From an uncultured Gammaproteobacteria bacterium (GTDB lineage Bacteria > Patescibacteriota > Microgenomatia > Levybacterales > GWA1-39-11): a stretch of DNA of 64,000 nucleotides. Positions 17,779 to 28,106 of the stretch are shown one piece after another; position 1 is the first letter of the stretch, and each line of letters opens with the position of its first letter. The position numbers and the translations under genes are program-made. The notes beneath the pieces were generated by a model. The model saw only the letters and a program-made list of their open reading frames with translations, was not told the DNA's origin and did not search any database. Location: assembly GCA_964537315.1 (NCBI GenBank), contig CAZIAP010000004.1, positions 14,509 through 78,508 on the forward strand, read 5' to 3'.

Positions 17779-19437
17779 TTACTGAAAACTTTGACGAATA
17801 TGTTTCTTTGAAAAAGCAGCACTTGAGTCAGTTTTCTTGTGAGGATTAAAAATATTTTGTGGATCAAATATATTTTTCACTTCTTTAAAGATTTCAAACA
17901 TTTCATTTCCATACTGCTGTTTTATAAAGTGTCCTCTTACCATTCCGTCATTGTGTTCAGCAGATAGCGAACCACCATATTCCAAAACTAGATCATTTAC
18001 TTCTTTTTGAACAACATCGATCTTATCCCTTTCTTCTTGTTTCTCTATTTCCATTAACGGAATTATGTGAAAGTTACCGTCACCAATATGACCAGCTAGT
18101 GTTGAGTGTACTTCATGTCTATCAAGAATTTCTGTTAAACGGGGGAAGAATTCAACTAACTTGTCAGGTTGAACAATAAAATCATCTATAAAAGGAGCTG
18201 TGTGCTTGTTCTTTACATTCTTTCTCAATAAATTGAAGCTCTCACGTCTAATCGTAAAGTACTTATCTGCTTTACTTTCACTATCAACTGCTTCTAATCT
18301 TACTTTGTATATCGATAGTGCCTGTTTTAGTGCATCAATCTTTTCGTGAACATCTTTATGTCTTTTGCCTTCAAATTCTGCAAGCAACGTAAACTTTGGA
18401 AGCCCTCTTAAGGCAAACCTTACAAGGTTTGGAGCAAACTGCATACCCATAGCGATAGTACCTGCAACTCCAAGAACTCTAGCAAACTGAGGCATGAAGC
18501 GTATAGCAAGCTTCAGTGTTTCATCATCAAACGCTTCAAAGCTATCTGGGCTATTTTTCAAAACATCTTGGATTAAATGAGGAAGAACTTTAATATCATC
18601 GACATAAATTACCAACAGGCCGTAATGTTTATTTTTTGGTACCAAAGATAATGTTGTACTTGTATTGATACCGAGTGTTCCCTGTGCTCCTACAAATATT
18701 TTAGACATATCAAAATACTCGCGATCCCAAACATCCCAAATATTGTATGCAGTAGAATTTTTAGTAACGTCAGGTTTAGCACCTTTAATTAAGTCGTAGT
18801 TTGACTCAATTAATTTATACATCTTTTTATAGAACCTACCTTCAAAGTCTTCTTGCTTCATTTTCTCCTCAAGCTTTTCTTTCGTAATACGTCCGAATGT
18901 ATACTCGTTACCATCTGATAAAACCATGCGGATTTTCTTTACATAATCAATAGTCTTTCCATAACTAAGTGTTTTTTCTCCACCTGAGTTATTGTTGACA
19001 ATACCCCCCAATGCACAAATTGACTTAGAAGCCGGATAAGAAGGGAACAACAATCCTTTTCTTAATGTTTTCTTTTCAAAATCACGATAGTACATACCAG
19101 GTTGTACAACAGTTCCTTCTTCTTTTATTTCCCCAACTTGGTTAATATAGCGGGTAAAATCCATAATAATTGAGTTATTGATTGCACCACCAGACATATC
19201 TGTGCCGCCACTGCGAGCAGTTAATGACAAATTAGGATAGTTTTTTTTATGTTTACTTACAAAAATTACCAGATTTTTAATATCATCTGTATTTTTGGGG
19301 TATACAACTAATTGAGGCTTTACTTCAAACAAACTAGTATCATGGCTATATCTTAATAACGTATTATCATCGTATTCTACATCTCCCTTGAAAAATTCTT
19401 TTATATAATTAACCAGTGTCTCAGTATTCATTAGCAC
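17779..19437 (-). CDS. FAD-linked oxidase (PCMH-type FAD-binding; GlcD / D-lactate dehydrogenase-like)
   Basis: N-terminal FAD-binding PCMH signature (VVYPKNTDDIKNLV...ARSGGTDMSGGAI), 552 aa. Confidence 0.85.
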   Translation of the reverse strand: MLMNTETLVNYIKEFFKGDVEYDDNTLLRYSHDTSLFEVKPQLVVYPKNTDDIKNLVIFVSKHKKNYPNLSLTARSGGTDMSGGAINNSIIMDFTRYINQVGEIKEEGTVVQPGMYYRDFEKKTLRKGLLFPSYPASKSICALGGIVNNNSGGEKTLSYGKTIDYVKKIRMVLSDGNEYTFGRITKEKLEEKMKQEDFEGRFYKKMYKLIESNYDLIKGAKPDVTKNSTAYNIWDVWDREYFDMSKIFVGAQGTLGINTSTTLSLVPKNKHYGLLVIYVDDIKVLPHLIQDVLKNSPDSFEAFDDETLKLAIRFMPQFARVLGVAGTIAMGMQFAPNLVRFALRGLPKFTLLAEFEGKRHKDVHEKIDALKQALSIYKVRLEAVDSESKADKYFTIRRESFNLLRKNVKNKHTAPFIDDFIVQPDKLVEFFPRLTEILDRHEVHSTLAGHIGDGNFHIIPLMEIEKQEERDKIDVVQKEVNDLVLEYGGSLSAEHNDGMVRGHFIKQQYGNEMFEIFKEVKNIFDPQNIFNPHKKTDSSAAFSKKHIRQSFQ

Positions 19438-19448
19438 AACTTAACTCT

Positions 19449-19751
19449 TTAATTTTTAACAAATTTATATCTTTTAAAAAGATATAAAATTGCACCGATT
19501 CCAAGAGTACTCATTAATAAATTAAGACTATCATTTGAGGAACTTGTCCATCCTGAAGAGAGCCAAAATGTGATGTTCAAGAATGTTGTAATTAACAAGC
19601 CAGATGCTAAGGCTAAAGTTAGTTTCTTCGACCAAGTTTTCTTAGCCAAATAATAGAGGACTGAGAAGATAATCAAAATAGCTGCAATAACTTCACCCCA
19701 CATGGTTAGGTTGCCAAAAATTACGTAGTTAGGAACTGCAATATCAAGCAA
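19449..19751 (-). CDS. small membrane protein (TTG start in track; true start uncertain)
   Basis: Three hydrophobic helices; reading frame stays open upstream of the TTG. Confidence 0.4.
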   Translation of the reverse strand: MLDIAVPNYVIFGNLTMWGEVIAAILIIFSVLYYLAKKTWSKKLTLALASGLLITTFLNITFWLSSGWTSSSNDSLNLLMSTLGIGAILYLFKRYKFVKN

Positions 19752-19988
19752 AAAAGACTTTACAGCTGGATTTGGATTTTCACTAGCAAAATACCTAAGC
19801 GTATTTTGTAGTCCGGAAACAAACTGACCTTCAGATACCTTTCCTATACCACTACGTAAAAAGATTAATCCGATTAATGTGACTACAAAGAAAAAAAATG
19901 AGTCGAGATGAAGTTTTTTTATATTCTTACCTCCAATATTTATTAAAGCATATATCAGATAAGAATGATACTCCTACTATCAGGCAGA

Positions 19989-20219
19989 TTACTTCTCTAC
20001 CCACTTACCGTTTTCATCTTTTTCATACTTGTTTTCAACCGCTGACCAGGCAACTGCGTGCGCTGTCTCCTCCTGAGTTCTCCCTTCACGTCTCTCATGT
20101 GGCTCATCGTACTGCTTCCAAGCACTATTGAAGGCTTCGCGATAAATATCCTGAGCGTGAGACGGTAAATTGTTCCTTACATTTTCAGGTAAATCTTGGT
20201 TATTTTCGTACTGCGGCAT
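19989..20219 (-). CDS. chaB: ChaB family protein
   Basis: 76 aa with conserved ChaB pattern P......LP..AQ.I....FN.AW; His- and acidic-rich. Confidence 0.75.
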   Translation of the reverse strand: MPQYENNQDLPENVRNNLPSHAQDIYREAFNSAWKQYDEPHERREGRTQEETAHAVAWSAVENKYEKDENGKWVEK

Positions 20220-20336
20220 AAAAATAATTTATTAAATCTGGATAAGAGCAGTTTGAAATATCTGTAAGCAAATAGTGAAAAATAATTTATATGTTATAAT
20301 TTTTGCACTTGGCGGAGATGTGTTGAGAGGGTTGCA

Positions 20337-20624
20337 ATGGATGACCATCAAGAGCCAAACGAGAGTGACTGGAAACTACATTGGGGAGATTTTATCAAAG
20401 TAGTTGATTCACAAACTCCAGATTGGCTGATCTATGGACGTAAACCCACTGAATCAGAGCTTGATGAGTGGGAAAAAATCAAGCCAGGTTCAAAATCAAA
20501 GTTACAACACGCTGCTCGTCAAAATATGAAAAAACGGCTGCGTCGTGAACGCAGACGTTCAAAACTACTTTCTATCCTTCCTCTATGGCTGAGAAAGCGA
20601 TGGATCAAACAATCCGCCAGGTAG
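20337..20624 (+). CDS. hypothetical protein with basic C-terminal tail
   Basis: 95-aa ORF followed by a clean intrinsic terminator. Confidence 0.4.
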   Translation: MDDHQEPNESDWKLHWGDFIKVVDSQTPDWLIYGRKPTESELDEWEKIKPGSKSKLQHAARQNMKKRLRRERRRSKLLSILPLWLRKRWIKQSAR

Positions 20625-20652
20625 ACACAACTCTTTGTGTCAAACTATATTC

Positions 20653-20677
20653 GGGGAGGTGAATCCTCCCCGTTTTT
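20653..20677 (+). terminator. rho-independent terminator
   Basis: GGGGAGG-TGAAT-CCTCCCC followed by GTTTTT. Confidence 0.65.
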
Positions 20678-20701
20678 CCTGACTATATATCTAAGCTTAG
20701 A

Positions 20702-21547
20702 CTATCCAAAGTGAGAAAATTTTATCAAATTTCCCCAAGGATCTTTCACTGATATACCGTGCACTGAAGCTTCATAGGTTACTTTAGAGTTATCCAATCG
20801 TTTCTTAAGTATGACAATTTCTGATTTACTTGAGAGTAAAACTTCAAAACTTTTCAGACCACGCGTTATCTCGCGCTTACCGCTTCCTGCACTTTCCCAA
20901 ATATTCATCCCAATGTGGTGATGATACTTTCCGTCTGAAACAAACAACGCAGTTGGCATCTCACTTGTTACAGTAAACCCAAGAGTATCTACATAAAAAT
21001 CTCGAGCAACTTTAATATCACCAACCTGTAAATGAATATGTCCCATTTTTTTAGAGGGTGTTGCTGAGGTTTGCGCGTAGGTACGAATATACTCTCCGGG
21101 ATCAATATATAATGAACTCATAACGACTTGTCCATTTACCCATTGCCAGTTTGATGAGTCTCGATCAACATATAGCTCTACTCCATTTTCTTCGGGGTCA
21201 TTGAAGTAAAATGCTTCGCTCACAGCATGATCAGAAGCTCCTGAGTATCGTTGTGGATCGTTCTGCAAAATTCTCAGGACAGACTGCGCGAGCGAAGCGC
21301 GAGATTCAAATAGAATAGCAGTGTGATAAAGTCCTGCACTATTTTGAGGAAATGATGGTAAATCTGGTGTATGTATAAGTTTAATAACTTCTCGGTTCTG
21401 GTATCCAAGTGTTACTGAAGATTCTGATTCTAACAACACATCTAATCCAACTAGGGCTGAATAAAACTCTTTTTGTGATAACAAATCTGCAACATTGAGT
21501 TCAACCACACCCATCTCGATATTTGAAGACAATTTTTCCATAAGCAC
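20702..21547 (-). CDS. VOC-family (glyoxalase / extradiol dioxygenase-like) two-domain protein
   Basis: Two tandem beta-alpha-beta-beta-beta VOC modules (HTAILFES... and HIHLQVGDIKVARDFYVDTLGF). Confidence 0.8.
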   Translation of the reverse strand: MLMEKLSSNIEMGVVELNVADLLSQKEFYSALVGLDVLLESESSVTLGYQNREVIKLIHTPDLPSFPQNSAGLYHTAILFESRASLAQSVLRILQNDPQRYSGASDHAVSEAFYFNDPEENGVELYVDRDSSNWQWVNGQVVMSSLYIDPGEYIRTYAQTSATPSKKMGHIHLQVGDIKVARDFYVDTLGFTVTSEMPTALFVSDGKYHHHIGMNIWESAGSGKREITRGLKSFEVLLSSKSEIVILKKRLDNSKVTYEASVHGISVKDPWGNLIKFSHFG

Positions 21548-21623
21548 ACGTCAATTATACATAAAATGTCGTATGTTTTTTTTGTATTTGCAAAGATCTG
21601 ACAAAACAAGTAGTATATAACTC

Positions 21624-22181
21624 ATGGCAAATATATCATCAACCTCAATGGACGAAATGTGTCCGAAATGCGGACATCCATTAGGAGAGATTTCTACAAC
21701 TAAAACAGGACGAAAATTACAACGTTGTTCACGTGGCTCATGGGATGCTGAGGCTAAAAAAAATGTAGGATGCGAGTATGTAAAATGGCTGGAGATGGAG
21801 CCTGAAAAAATAGATGAAAAATGTCCTAAGTGCGGACAGCCGCTTGTTATTGCATTCACCCGTTTCGGTAAAAAAATGAAAAAATGCTCTACTAACGTTT
21901 GGAATGCAGAAACAAAAAAAGCTGAAGGGTGCGACTTTATCGAGTGGATAAACGGAACAACTGAACCATTGGATGAGATTTGTCCCGACTGTGGAGAAAA
22001 GCTGGTACTATTTACTACCTCTGCTGGTAAGAAAATGAAAAAATGCTCTACCGCAGGTTGGGATCGTGATGCCAAAAAAGCAACAGGCTGTCCGTATGTT
22101 TACTGGTTCAAACCAGGTGAGTATGAAGCAACTTATGACTCAGGCGGCGAAGAGTTTCTCCCTCCCGAGCCGGAAGACTAA
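21624..22181 (+). CDS. stand-alone triple zinc-ribbon protein (topoisomerase I C4-type zinc-finger repeats)
   Basis: Three ~53-aa repeats CPKCG...(K)KMKKCS..GW....KK..GC.Y..W; no catalytic domain; antisense ORF 21551..22075 is a mirror artefact. Confidence 0.75.
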   Translation: MANISSTSMDEMCPKCGHPLGEISTTKTGRKLQRCSRGSWDAEAKKNVGCEYVKWLEMEPEKIDEKCPKCGQPLVIAFTRFGKKMKKCSTNVWNAETKKAEGCDFIEWINGTTEPLDEICPDCGEKLVLFTTSAGKKMKKCSTAGWDRDAKKATGCPYVYWFKPGEYEATYDSGGEEFLPPEPED

Positions 22182-22228
22182 AATCTACTGTTTTAACTTC
22201 ACTACTTCTTTGATACAATTGTTCTCCA

Positions 22229-23008
22229 ATGACATATAAAGCACTTTTTCTAGATGTCGATGGAACTGTTATTCCATATAAGTATGATGCTCTCCCCTCA
22301 GACACATTAGCTGCAGCCATAAAAAAAGTTCAAGAAAAAGTTACAGTATGTCTCATCACTGGTCGATCATACGGTTTTACACAACCGATACTAGAAAAAT
22401 TACAAATTAAATCAGGATACGCTGTAGTAAATACGGGAGCGGTAATAGTCGATCTTTCGGATGAATCAGTTGTTCACTCACTTCCGATTAATCGATCAGA
22501 TATGGAAGAAATAGTTACTGTACTTAATGCAGAACAGGTTACCTTTTACTTAAAAGATTCTGCTCTAGGTAAGTCTCATGGCTTGGATTTAGAGCTTTTT
22601 ACAAATAACAAAATTCCCGATTCCACTTTTATGATACTAACTGATGAAAAGTATCCAGGAGAAAAAATTGATACTATACTCCAGAAGTTATCCCACCTGC
22701 CTACATTAAATATGCATAAAACATCGCATAAAGACCCTACTAAATTTGGAATTAACATCACCCACATTAATGCAACAAAACTACATGGAGTGCAGTTTTT
22801 ATTAAAAAAACTTGATTTACAGCGAGAAGAGGTTATAGGAGTAGGTGACAGTTATAACGACTTTCCGCTACTTATGGCATCAGGATTAAAGGTAGCTATG
22901 GGAAATGCGATAGGCGACCTAAAAGCAATTGCTGATTATATTGCCCCACCAGTCACAGAAGACGGTGTGGTAAACGTTATAGAAAAGTTCATATTTAAAA
23001 ACAGATAA
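22229..23008 (+). CDS. HAD-IIB (Cof-type) phosphatase
   Basis: LFLDVDGTV motif I, GDSYNDFPLL motif IV; 259 aa. Confidence 0.85.
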   Translation: MTYKALFLDVDGTVIPYKYDALPSDTLAAAIKKVQEKVTVCLITGRSYGFTQPILEKLQIKSGYAVVNTGAVIVDLSDESVVHSLPINRSDMEEIVTVLNAEQVTFYLKDSALGKSHGLDLELFTNNKIPDSTFMILTDEKYPGEKIDTILQKLSHLPTLNMHKTSHKDPTKFGINITHINATKLHGVQFLLKKLDLQREEVIGVGDSYNDFPLLMASGLKVAMGNAIGDLKAIADYIAPPVTEDGVVNVIEKFIFKNR

Positions 23009-23031
23009 GTAAGAATTTTGAAAGCCTAGAA

Positions 23032-24147
23032 TTATTTGAGGTATTTTTTATAAAAAGCTACAGTATTTTCCATCGCAGTGACAAAACTTGCTCCAGATAT
23101 ATTGTGTCCGCCTGTTGGATATTCATGGAACTCATTAATTACAGACGAAGCATCAAGTAATGAATTCAAGTCTCTGCTATATCTTACTGTAACTACATCA
23201 TCATCAGTAGCATGATTTAGCTGCACTGCCCCTTTAAGGTCTTGTAGATAGTTTGTTGGTGCCATCTGCTGCCAAAACAGACTATTACTCTTCGGCTCAC
23301 CATGAACTTCGATTATTCGTTGTCGGCTATTAGGACGTGGACTGGAAGTAGTAATTGGACGCTGATAACTTGTGTCCTGAATTCCATATTCATGCATATC
23401 ACGGTAAGTATATACCGCTCCACCCCAAATAGATACTGCTTTTATCTCAGGTCGTACTGCCATACTTCTCATCGTGACATTACCTGCCATACTGTGTCCC
23501 CACAAACCAATTGCATCAGGACTTACAAAATCTGATGATTGTAATGCCGCACGGGCATTGAGAGTGTCGATGACATAATCAGCTGAATAATATGCTCCAC
23601 CCGGCTCACCTTCAGAACTACCGTGTCCTCGTAAGTCAATTTTAAATACTACGAATCCATTTCGCGCTAGATAGTCTACATAATCATAATACCGTTCTAG
23701 CGTCTGGTACTGAGCAGGAGGAATATATCCATGCACAAAGATGATTGCTGGATGCTTTGTATCAGACTCTGTCTTTGGCACCGTCAATAACCCGTTTATT
23801 TTCAAACCATCAGAATCATAACTTGTAAAGTATGCAGTATAGACAGGATTTTCATACGCCACTTCCCTTACTCCTAATGTACTGGAATATTGTCTGCTTC
23901 TAAGAGCTGGTATTGTGAGTTCTGCAAACGGAATTGCAGCTGATTCAACTTGTTCATCTGCTCCTGCGGCACTCATTAACGGCGCTTTTGTATTTGATTC
24001 ACTCTTTAGCATTAAAAAAAATATCCCTGCGAGTATCGCACTAATAAACACAGGTAGAACTCCAAATAATATCAGCTTTTTACGTGAATCAAGAGGATTC
24101 TCTTTATTTTCATTAGACGCTAGCGATTCCTGCAGGTTTTGATCCAT
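23032..24147 (-). CDS. membrane-anchored alpha/beta hydrolase (dienelactone hydrolase / S9-like), paralog family A
   Basis: N-terminal TM helix, HGY...RGHGSSEG, nucleophile elbow GHSMAG; paralog of 59202..60245. Confidence 0.8.
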   Translation of the reverse strand: MDQNLQESLASNENKENPLDSRKKLILFGVLPVFISAILAGIFFLMLKSESNTKAPLMSAAGADEQVESAAIPFAELTIPALRSRQYSSTLGVREVAYENPVYTAYFTSYDSDGLKINGLLTVPKTESDTKHPAIIFVHGYIPPAQYQTLERYYDYVDYLARNGFVVFKIDLRGHGSSEGEPGGAYYSADYVIDTLNARAALQSSDFVSPDAIGLWGHSMAGNVTMRSMAVRPEIKAVSIWGGAVYTYRDMHEYGIQDTSYQRPITTSSPRPNSRQRIIEVHGEPKSNSLFWQQMAPTNYLQDLKGAVQLNHATDDDVVTVRYSRDLNSLLDASSVINEFHEYPTGGHNISGASFVTAMENTVAFYKKYLK

Positions 24148-24367
24148 ATTTTAGGCAATAAATTTTCTAAGGAAGAATTGAGTTATTACTATAGCAAATA
24201 TTTATAAAAAGCAAAAGAAACAATCTATATGCATAAATCCATTAGAAGTAAGTTACAAGATAATACGAAGATATGTGGGGTCATATTATTCCGACGGAGG
24301 AATTTATAATACGAATGATACGAAAAATAAATATTAACTCCGTCGGAACAAGTCAAAAAAACAGAGA

Positions 24368-24622
24368 TTATCTGTCTTCACGAGGTCGTGCAACAGAGAC
24401 TGCTATTGAGCGCCCGCCAACATCTTTTCCATTCATTTCTTCTATAGCTTTTTGCGCTTGTGCATCATCTTCAAGTTCTACGAAACCAAATCCTTTACTC
24501 TGACCAGTACTGCGATCGGTAATAACAACTGCTGAAACAACGTTTCCATACTCTGAAAAAAGATCATTTAACTCCTGATCGTTTACTGCGTATGGAAGTC
24601 CTCCTACAAATAGTTTTGTCAT
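24368..24622 (-). CDS. RRM-type RNA-binding protein
   Basis: RNP2 LFVGGL and RNP1 KGFGFVE motifs; 84 aa. Confidence 0.88.
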   Translation of the reverse strand: MTKLFVGGLPYAVNDQELNDLFSEYGNVVSAVVITDRSTGQSKGFGFVELEDDAQAQKAIEEMNGKDVGGRSIAVSVARPREDR

Positions 24623-24718
24623 AATTTATTCACCTCCCTTCAAGATAGAGTGATTATATCAATATTCACATATATATAAGCGAGTATAGTGAGTGAGGGG
24701 ATATGCAGTGGTGTCGAC

Positions 24719-25084
24719 TTAGTTTCGTACATGCGGAAGGTGTTTTTCAATCTTATTTATCATATCATCAATGTCAAAAGGTTTTACAAGGAAATCACAA
24801 ACTTTTGCTTCTTTGGCTATTGTCTCGATCTCATTGTTCGCAGAAAATAGAATAATTGGAATCTGACCACTCTTTTTTTGAGACATAAGATATTTTGCAA
24901 GAGCCACACCGTTAGTACCGGACAGATTGAGGTCTAAAAAAATCATATCAGGATTTTCTTCAATAGATTTTTTAACGGTGGACTCGTCTTTGGCAATAAT
25001 AACCTCGTACCCTTCATACTCCAATAAAAGTTTTGTAGCATCCAGTATTCCTGGATCATCATCTGCGATTAGAACTTTAGTCAT
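24719..25084 (-). CDS. response regulator, receiver domain only
   Basis: DD....D phosphoacceptor pocket (DDDP...FLDLNL), conserved T/K; 121 aa, no output domain. Confidence 0.85.
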   Translation of the reverse strand: MTKVLIADDDPGILDATKLLLEYEGYEVIIAKDESTVKKSIEENPDMIFLDLNLSGTNGVALAKYLMSQKKSGQIPIILFSANNEIETIAKEAKVCDFLVKPFDIDDMINKIEKHLPHVRN

Positions 25085-25091
25085 AAATTTT

Positions 25092-25466
25092 CTATATATA
25101 TTTTCCTACCATTTTCTTTAGCTCTGTGATATCAAATGGTTTACTAATGTATCCGTCAGCACCCAAACGTTTTGCAATTTTTTCTGTATCTTTACTTGCA
25201 GAAACTACAATTACTGGAATCGATGCTGTTTTTTTCTTGCTTTTTAGCGTCTGCAAGATCTCTACACCGGATAGCTGAGGCATCCACAAATCAAGAAGTA
25301 TCACTGTCGGCGGTTTTTTTTTGATGCGATTAAAAATACCTTCCGGATCAAGCATTTTCTCTACACGATAGTTTTTCTCTGAGAGTATGGATTCGAACAC
25401 TTCCAAAATACCTTCATCGTTGTCTACTACCAAGACATATTTTTGCATTATTAGCTCTCCTTTCAC
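25092..25466 (-). CDS. response regulator, receiver domain only
   Basis: VVDND...LLDLWMP receiver signature; 124 aa. Confidence 0.85.
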   Translation of the reverse strand: MKGELIMQKYVLVVDNDEGILEVFESILSEKNYRVEKMLDPEGIFNRIKKKPPTVILLDLWMPQLSGVEILQTLKSKKKTASIPVIVVSASKDTEKIAKRLGADGYISKPFDITELKKMVGKYI

Positions 25467-25541
25467 GTTATACCATAGAGCAAATTACAAACTTCTTTGT
25501 ATTAGAATACTTTATATTATTCATGGCTCATTAGCAATCAC

Positions 25542-26624
25542 CTACTCATACAAGGAGTTACTCTGATCATACATTTCTTTCAAGATTCTATCTTTATAAA
25601 TAGAATCTGAGATAATTTGTGCTTGTCCGTAATCATGAATCCTAATTGGTATAAATTCAGCATCTATTAACCTGTTTTCGAAAAAATAATATTTACCAAT
25701 AACTCCTTCCTGAGTTTTTTCAGACCACATTTGATCAAATATGAAATTACCATGTGCATATGTAATCAATTTGTTTTTATATATCTCAATCGGCTGAATC
25801 CAATGAGGGTGGTTACCTATAACTAGATCAGCACCTGCATCTATAGATAATCTCCCCAACTCACGCTGACGATCAGTTGGTTTGCTCACATACTCTGTTC
25901 CCCAGTGAAACTGTACAACTACAATATCTGCGTTTTCCCGTGCGACCTTAATTTCATTTTGTACTGTATTTAACTCGATAGCAGAGATTCCTTGCTGCGG
26001 CTCAATATCATCGTATCCTAAAAAAGCAAAACGAGTCCCTCGTGCATTTACGAACTGTGGATTATTTAATGCGCCAACAGAAGTTATATTTGCGTTTCGC
26101 AAGTGACTCAATGTCTCTTGTACTCCCTTCAATCCGTAGTTGCCAGTGTGATTATTGCCTAAATTTACTACATCTACTCCCGCATGTTTTAATCCCTGTG
26201 TATGACGTGCGTCGCCGCAAAATTTCATACCTTCATTTGTCACCGGACAGTCAGATAACAATGGAACTTCTAAATTCACAAATGTGATATCCCCATCACG
26301 AAGTATATGTGCTGTAGGTTCAAATGCCCAAAAAAAATTATTATACTGCAATGTTTTATAATTTACGCTTCTTCCCGGAATTACATCGCCTGTTACAACC
26401 AGCGTTCTAATAGAGTCTGAAGGAAACTCAGTTTCCGCTGTACCTGTTGCATCAAAAAACTGTTCTAATGTAAGCTCAGGAATAGTTACAGTGGCGGTTT
26501 TATGCATCCCAGAGGTAACCGCAGGAGAATGAGTTACTACTCTGTCTTTTTGAAATACAAGCGATAGAAAAGCTAAAGTAAGTAAAGCTGAAAAAACTGT
26601 AATTATAATAATCAAGCGGTACAT
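25542..26624 (-). CDS. CapA/PgsA-family metallophosphoesterase-like protein (membrane anchored)
   Basis: N-terminal TM; GNHPHW and NLGNNH metallophosphatase-like motifs as in CapA family. Confidence 0.75.
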   Translation of the reverse strand: MYRLIIIITVFSALLTLAFLSLVFQKDRVVTHSPAVTSGMHKTATVTIPELTLEQFFDATGTAETEFPSDSIRTLVVTGDVIPGRSVNYKTLQYNNFFWAFEPTAHILRDGDITFVNLEVPLLSDCPVTNEGMKFCGDARHTQGLKHAGVDVVNLGNNHTGNYGLKGVQETLSHLRNANITSVGALNNPQFVNARGTRFAFLGYDDIEPQQGISAIELNTVQNEIKVARENADIVVVQFHWGTEYVSKPTDRQRELGRLSIDAGADLVIGNHPHWIQPIEIYKNKLITYAHGNFIFDQMWSEKTQEGVIGKYYFFENRLIDAEFIPIRIHDYGQAQIISDSIYKDRILKEMYDQSNSLYE

Positions 26625-26631
26625 GCTTGTA

Positions 26632-27165
26632 TTATATAGATTTTAACTGAATAATCGAGTCTGCAATTATAACAGGCTGCCCTTCGTAAGTAGAAAATAT
26701 CTCATCGTCTAAGTCGATCCCCAGTTCTTGCTCTATTTCTGCTTGGTTAAATTGTCGAACAACTCCTGATACTCTGACATTATCATCAGAACGGTATGTT
26801 GCAACGCCGGGACCGCCTCCAATTCCAACTAAAGCTTCTCGACTCAGTATCAGCAACTTATCACCACTCTGTATTGCTGACTCTATTGTCATTCCTCGAA
26901 TATCTATATTTGAATCAACTTCACCTCTTACAGAAACTACCTGACCATAAAAACTGTCGGGATCATTCACTATTGATTCAAGATCAATATTTTGTCCTCG
27001 CTCATCACCTATTAAATTTTTATTAATTATATCTTTTCTATCTTCATTCCCTGAATGATTTACATTGGAACTATAGAATGAGACTATTAGTAGAATTGTA
27101 AATACCACTAACAACCCTCCCAGTGCCGCTCTTCCAAATACTGTGTTTCTTCTGCTTCTATTCAT
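26632..27165 (-). CDS. membrane-anchored hypothetical protein
   Basis: N-terminal TM, 177 aa, co-directional and 8 nt from capA-like gene. Confidence 0.5.
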   Translation of the reverse strand: MNRSRRNTVFGRAALGGLLVVFTILLIVSFYSSNVNHSGNEDRKDIINKNLIGDERGQNIDLESIVNDPDSFYGQVVSVRGEVDSNIDIRGMTIESAIQSGDKLLILSREALVGIGGGPGVATYRSDDNVRVSGVVRQFNQAEIEQELGIDLDDEIFSTYEGQPVIIADSIIQLKSI

Positions 27166-27231
27166 GAGCTAATACTTTAAAGCAATTAAATTAAAATAAC
27201 AGGAGATAAAAGTAAGAAATAGACAAGATTA

Positions 27232-27843
27232 TTATTGTAATGGTTGAGAAGAAACGCTTTCTGCTATTGCGTATAGCAGTACTGAATGATCATGTTCAAC
27301 ATCTTGTGAGGGGGGAGTAATAATTAACACAGAGTCGTTTGAAATTTTTAGAGCAAAAACAGGCCCAAATGTACTTTCATTCACGATTTCAGTACTTACC
27401 TCTGTTGTCTCTTTATTTACACTTAAAGATACACCATGCACTCCGTTTATTGTCTTAAACTCTTGAACCTTATTTAACCCTGTACAAGACACTGAAAATT
27501 CATTTTCTTCACGATTACAAATATTTTGGACTTGAAGATATGCAAACTCAGCTAGGTCTTCATTATTTTCATTTTCTCTAACCTGTATACTAGCTAAAGG
27601 CATAATAACTCCCTCTGAGTTCATTACTACACTCAAATTTTCTGGAGTATACTTAATGACTTCATAAGTAGAAGGGAAACTAAATGTAAAGTTGTAGTTT
27701 TGATTGTTATACAAACTAAAATTAAGAGGATTGGATGTATGGTGGTTTTTTATTTTTTGTTCATTAATATAAATTGCTCGTGTAACTAGGAGAAAAAAGG
27801 CTAGCGCTGCAACTCCCAATAATATAATATGTTTTTTTATCAT
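27232..27843 (-). CDS. secreted/membrane-anchored hypothetical protein
   Basis: N-terminal hydrophobic helix; 203 aa; preceded by a possible 49-codon membrane ORF at 27845..27994. Confidence 0.5.
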   Translation of the reverse strand: MIKKHIILLGVAALAFFLLVTRAIYINEQKIKNHHTSNPLNFSLYNNQNYNFTFSFPSTYEVIKYTPENLSVVMNSEGVIMPLASIQVRENENNEDLAEFAYLQVQNICNREENEFSVSCTGLNKVQEFKTINGVHGVSLSVNKETTEVSTEIVNESTFGPVFALKISNDSVLIITPPSQDVEHDHSVLLYAIAESVSSQPLQ

Positions 27844-28106
27844 ATTATTCCAATGAATTACCGGATACTACAACATTAGACTGAGATCCGTTTACTGCAT
27901 TACTTGAGCTTATTCTCAAAGAGAAAGCAGCTGCAGCAAGTATAAATAGAATAATAAGTGAAATTATAACCCTCACAGGAATAAAGGATACCATAAATTT
28001 AATACTTTTAACATAACTTTTTTATCTTTTTGAAAATTTATTGATAGTGTAATTTATTTTTATTAAGTTCTTACTATTCAACTAAGATTTTAGGTTAAAA
28101 TTAAAT

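Noticed and set aside
21551-22075. 174-aa ORF antisense to the triple zinc-ribbon gene
   Set aside because: Its internal repeats (VEHFFIFLP) are the reverse-strand image of the zinc-ribbon repeats; the sense-strand product has a coherent metal-binding repeat architecture, so the antisense ORF is an artefact.
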